Source: Kiritimatiellia bacterium (GTDB lineage Bacteria > Verrucomicrobiota > Kiritimatiellia > RFP12 > UBA1067). Taken from it: a stretch of 64,000 bases of DNA. A program made the translations under genes and the position numbers. This document shows positions 60,544-64,000 of the stretch, in pieces. A model generated the notes under the pieces. That model saw nothing but the letters and a program-made list of their open reading frames with translations. It searched no databases and was not told the origin of the DNA. The stretch's first letter is position 1. Each line of letters opens with the position of its first letter. The stretch lies in the NCBI GenBank assembly GCA_017514235.1, contig JAFWKK010000014.1:19061-83060 (forward strand), in the 5' to 3' direction.

Positions 60544-61832
60544 CTACATTTCAAAGACAACCAGAACCGAGCCATTCGACTTCAGGTCGAATGCGTAGCG
60601 ATTCCCGTCAGCCGTCCGTCTAAGCGGCACAGGGCCGTTCGCTGCGAATGCCGAGACTTTCCCGACGCATTCGAACGAGACAGTCCTCACCTTCGGGGAC
60701 TCGTCCCATGGATCCTCGGCGGCCACGACATAAAGCGCTTTGCGCGATGGAACGCCGCGCCGGTCCGTCATGATACCGACCACAAGCGCATCACCGTCTT
60801 CCGCCTTAAGCTGACGGAAGAAGCCGCCGTCAAGCGCGGCGACGCTTGTGGAATCAGATCCCTTGAGCCAGTCTGGATGCCTCTCGAAGCCGACTAGCCG
60901 CGTATCCACGTTTCTGAACTCCATGAAGCGCGGCGCAATGCCCTTGACCTCCGCGTTCACGCGCTTGAGGCGGTCGTACTGGACGGTCTTGACGCCGTTC
61001 GTATCCAGCACGTTCATCTCCCACCATCCCTCCGTCCAGCACGCCCAGACAAGCGTTTCGGCACCGAACGCCATCGCCATGTTTGCCTGGTACCGGAGCT
61101 TCTGCTCGGTAATCTCCACCCTCACGTCCTTCGTGTTGACCTGCGGAACGAACCAGAACCGACGACCCGTGCGGCGGCAGGCATCGGCGACGATCTTGAA
61201 GTTCCTCAGGAACGGCCCCATGCTCTCCTGACGGGGAAGCGTGGAATAGAGGTAATGGTCGTATGACAGATAGTCAAGCGGCACGTTCTCCATGTACTTG
61301 TCGATGTACTCGTAATAGTTCGCCGAGCCGATGTAGCCGAAGTCCGCCTCGACGGGCGGATAGCATGGATGCAGGTTCATGTGTGGGGTCTGGCGCGGCA
61401 GAAGCCTATTGAGCCGTGCGACAAAGTCATTGTAATACGGAAAGTCAAGCGCCGAAGGCTCATCGCCAATCGTAACCATTGAGACGGCAGGGTGCACGTC
61501 CGCACCCGCAGTCTTCATCGCGGCAGCACCCTTCTCCACCACATGCGGCGGAACGGTCTCCGACAGTTTCCCGTTGAGACCCTTTATGCCACCCCACCAG
61601 CTCCGATATACGCCTTCGACAATGGCCTTTAGTCCGTATTTCTCAAACAGATCAAGCGTCTTGCAGTCAGTGTATTCGATGCCATAGACGAAATCCACAT
61701 GGCAGTCTCGGATATCCTTGACATGCTGTTCCGTGCGCGCATACGGCTTTAGGCAATAGACGCCAATCTGGAAGTCTGCCGCCTCCGCCGCAAGCGCGGC
61801 AAAGCCGCGGCTGCAACTGTGAGTTTATTCAT
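60544..61832 (-). pseudogene. clan GH-A-like TIM-barrel glycoside hydrolase whose signal-peptide region is frameshifted (or assembly indel)
   Basis: TTTGGTATAAT, then AAGGATGGGG SD, then ATG 61832 opens MNKLTVAAAAL..., which stops at 61749. The main frame (ORF track 60544-61698) is open back to 61824 and reads ...SRGFAALAAEAADFQIGVYCLKPY.... One added base near 61806 would yield a normal signal peptide MNKLTVAAAAFAALAAEAADFQ.... Confidence 0.65.
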
Positions 61833-61862
61833 GTTCTCGCCCCATCCTTTCCCATGCCGAAC

Positions 61863-61868
61863 ATTATA
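61863..61868 (-). promoter_or_regulatory. extended -10 (TGGTATAAT) for the 61832 gene
   Basis: The plus strand reads ACATTATACCAAA, 30 nt upstream of ATG 61832. Confidence 0.55.
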
Positions 61869-61948
61869 CCAAATACAGGTGCCTAACGAAAGCTCAACAT
61901 GTAGTCTATATAGTTATTTGCTCCTGGTGTCACTTCTCTCTGCTCGAC

Positions 61949-61976
61949 AAAAAGCCCCCGCTGTGGTGGCGGGGGC
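61949..61976 (-). terminator. rho-independent terminator (GCCCCCGC-N7-GCGGGGGC followed by TTTTT on the minus strand)
   Basis: Perfect 8-bp GC stem plus U5 tract, read directly from the sequence. It lies 240 nt downstream of the GH43 stop. Confidence 0.75.
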
Positions 61977-62216
61977 GGACGGAGAGAAGAACGCGGGGCG
62001 CGGCAGTTGCCGTCGCCCGCGCTTATTGCGATGGAACTCCTCTCGTCACAGCAGCCGTTCCGCCGTCGGCTCCAATCTTCTTCGCTACATCATTCGACAG
62101 CATCTTATACGCTCAATCCTATACACTTAGATCTGAGCTTGTTGAATCCACGGGAGCAGTCACTCGCGCCATGCAGAATCGGCGCTATTTTCCCCACCCT
62201 CGCTGGGGAATCTTCG

Positions 62217-63209
62217 CTACCGGCTTGCCGGATTAGCCGTCATGACGACGGGCTTTATGCCGTCGTCCGCATCAAACTCCATGCGGTTGATGCAGACGAC
62301 GCGGTGGTCGCGTCCCTCGCTGGGGATCGGACGGCGATGGTAGCAGATGTACCAGTCGTCGGTTCCGGGCGCGCAGATCACGGAATGATGTCCTGCGCCC
62401 GTGGCAAGGGGCTTCTGCGAGGCGAGAACCCGCCCCTTGAACTCGAACGGCCCGAACGGGGTGCTGCCGACACTGTAGTTCACGCAGTAGCTGTCCTTCG
62501 TCCAGCTGCCGCTTGAATACATGAAATACCACCTGCCCATGCGCTCGAACATGACCGAGCCCTCGACGTAGTCCTTTGGCGTGAAGTCTCGCCACATCGC
62601 TCCGTCCTCGAAGGGAACAAGCGACTTGAAGTTCTTCGCCAGCTTCACGAGGTTGCAGCGTCCCCAGCCGCCGTACACCATGTACCATCCGCCCTTGTAC
62701 CCGAACACATACTGGTCGATGGGCTGGGCGCGGTTCCAGAAGCGATCCACGAGCGGCTTGCCGATGAGGTCGCGGTACGGCCCTTCCGGCCTTTCCGCCA
62801 CAGCGACGCCTATGCCGCCGTAGCCCGACAGCTTCGCCTCCTTCTGCGGCTCTCCGTCCTCGCGCTTGCCGCCGACGGGATAGGAGTCGTTCGCGCTGAA
62901 GAAGAGATAGTATCTGCCGCCGACCTCGTGCGCATCCGGCGCCCACATCGCGCCTTTCGCCCATGACACCTCGTTCGTCGTCAAGATCCGCGGATGCTTC
63001 GTCCACGCCTTCATGTCCTTGGACGAAAACGCATCGAAGGACGTCTGGTTCGCGAACCGCGCCGAAGTCGTCGGGAACACCCAGTACGTGTCGCCGTAGC
63101 GCCTTATCTGCGGGTCGGCGTACCAGCCCTCGAATATCGGGTTCGCCGAAGCGGCCAATCCCATCAGCGCCGCACACGCGGCAATCCTGATCTTGTTTCT
63201 GCTTTTCAT
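62217..63209 (-). CDS. glycoside hydrolase family 43 protein (arabinofuranosidase/xylosidase type)
   Basis: Signal peptide followed by NPIFEGWYADPQIRRYGDTYWVFPT, WAPDAHEVGGRYYLFF and the five-bladed propeller pattern. GGGAGGGAAACA SD. Confidence 0.88.
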   Translation of the reverse strand: MKSRNKIRIAACAALMGLAASANPIFEGWYADPQIRRYGDTYWVFPTTSARFANQTSFDAFSSKDMKAWTKHPRILTTNEVSWAKGAMWAPDAHEVGGRYYLFFSANDSYPVGGKREDGEPQKEAKLSGYGGIGVAVAERPEGPYRDLIGKPLVDRFWNRAQPIDQYVFGYKGGWYMVYGGWGRCNLVKLAKNFKSLVPFEDGAMWRDFTPKDYVEGSVMFERMGRWYFMYSSGSWTKDSYCVNYSVGSTPFGPFEFKGRVLASQKPLATGAGHHSVICAPGTDDWYICYHRRPIPSEGRDHRVVCINRMEFDADDGIKPVVMTANPASR

Positions 63210-63340
63210 TGTTTCCCTCCCAATACCTTCAAGAGCGCCGCGAAGTCGGATGCGTCAGCGTTCAGGAAAAGAGGCGGCGGAAACACGTCTGCGCTACTGC
63301 GCAATCCATGTATCACAAAGTTTAACTGACACCCGTCAGG

Positions 63341-64000
63341 CTATTTGACGCTGATGACCATGCCTGGCACACCCATCCGCAGCTTGTGATATTCAAACGT
63401 TACCCAGTTGCCGGGAACATCAGTGTCATAAACCCACTTCAGTTCATTGAGTCCTGGCCGCGTGTAGACGGCATCTATCTCAACGCATATCGTGTCGCCA
63501 ATGGCTACGCCATCCGAAGACCATACGGTTGTTCCGTTGACTTCAAGGTGAATGGGCTGCTTGGTTGCCGTCCTGTTGAAATTGGCTATGGCTGTTCTGT
63601 AAACGACAGACTGTGCGGGTTCGTCCTTCGGCGCATTCCAAATGAGCTTAAGCGGCGGATAGCTTTTGTGCAGCGCCCGCCAGAAATGCCCGGTGGCCGT
63701 ATCGCCGATGAACGCCGTTGCCGTCCCGTTGCGCCCTTCCTGTGTCGTAAGCGTCCCCGTATTGAACGTGCTGCCTTTTCCGCCGAACGACTGCACCCCG
63801 TCGAATCCAGCCATCACGGTCCACATCTCGGCTTCGGACAAGAGACGGTTCCATCCCTTGGCGCCGGCAATCGAGCCACGGAACACCTTGGTCGCATTTG
63901 CGCCAGTCATGACAGCCGAGGCGGAAGGAGCCGATTCGCAGCCAGTCCGAAGAAGCGTGGTTGTGGAATTCATGTGCGGGATCGCGGCCGCGTCGCCAAA
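63341..64000 (-). CDS. LamG/concanavalin-A-like lectin domain protein, 5' end beyond window
   Basis: FRGSIAGAKGWNRLLSEAEMW is a typical LamG-domain end. The frame stays open upstream to the window edge. The C-terminus is ...GMVISVK. Confidence 0.55.
   Translation of the reverse strand, partial: FGDAAAIPHMNSTTTLLRTGCESAPSASAVMTGANATKVFRGSIAGAKGWNRLLSEAEMWTVMAGFDGVQSFGGKGSTFNTGTLTTQEGRNGTATAFIGDTATGHFWRALHKSYPPLKLIWNAPKDEPAQSVVYRTAIANFNRTATKQPIHLEVNGTTVWSSDGVAIGDTICVEIDAVYTRPGLNELKWVYDTDVPGNWVTFEYHKLRMGVPGMVISVK

Noticed and set aside
1-64000. Search for rRNA, tRNA and CRISPR arrays
   Set aside because: No intergenic region is large enough for rRNA. I saw no cloverleaf-like tRNA candidates and no regularly spaced direct repeats in the gaps. 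The only repeat clusters are the palindromes and simple-sequence tracts reported above. A tRNAscan/Infernal run would be the definitive check.

Overview
GC-rich 64-kb chromosomal segment. Nearly all convincing genes lie on the minus strand; the plus-strand exceptions are 19761-20930, 34037-35750, 54869-57603 and a tiny ORF at 32214. Most long plus-strand entries in the ORF track are high-GC antisense shadows of minus-strand genes. Short housekeeping blocks (hemW-like/metK, secY, paaK-ACT, glnS, rpmE-prfA-PAP2) are interleaved with glycan-utilisation loci. (1) A 12-kb operon encodes a Na+/solute symporter, a cytosolic BNR/sialidase-fold protein, a giant beta-helical surface protein, an SGNH esterase and a GHL10+beta-helix enzyme, next to a divergent XylR-type regulator. 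(2) A sugar-acid catabolic cluster encodes a FucP-type MFS, an enolase-superfamily dehydratase, a Zn-dehydrogenase, a catalytic-domain-only M24 hydrolase, an HpcH aldolase and a second XylR-type regulator. (3) A DUF2723/TPR membrane giant. (4) A 20-kb CAZyme block holds a beta-helix enzyme, a WbsX/GH99-like gene, clan GH-A-like genes, two giant secreted repeat proteins, GH2, GH106-like, GH43 and LamG genes, with an embedded HisKA_3 kinase / LuxR-type response regulator pair. A small mobile island (Y1 HUH transposase plus a Mu-like head-module remnant) sits at 30.9-34.0 kb. The gene content suggests a PVC-type (Kiritimatiellota/Lentisphaerota/Verrucomicrobiota-like) glycan degrader, but this is inference only. 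I recognised no rRNA, tRNA or CRISPR array. Most noteworthy observations: a G10 tract splits a ~1343-codon surface-protein gene in a way that +1 G would repair. A 16-nt palindrome sits at identical spacing in two promoters 11 kb apart and between the divergent two-component-system and GH2 promoters. Four in-frame stop codons and one frameshift interrupt otherwise intact CAZyme genes. A very regular TGGTATAAT promoter grammar includes several leaderless genes. An orphan secretin is translationally coupled to a DUF481 porin-like gene. A REPtron-like cluster of GGGGACWGTCCCC palindromes surrounds the Y1 transposase.
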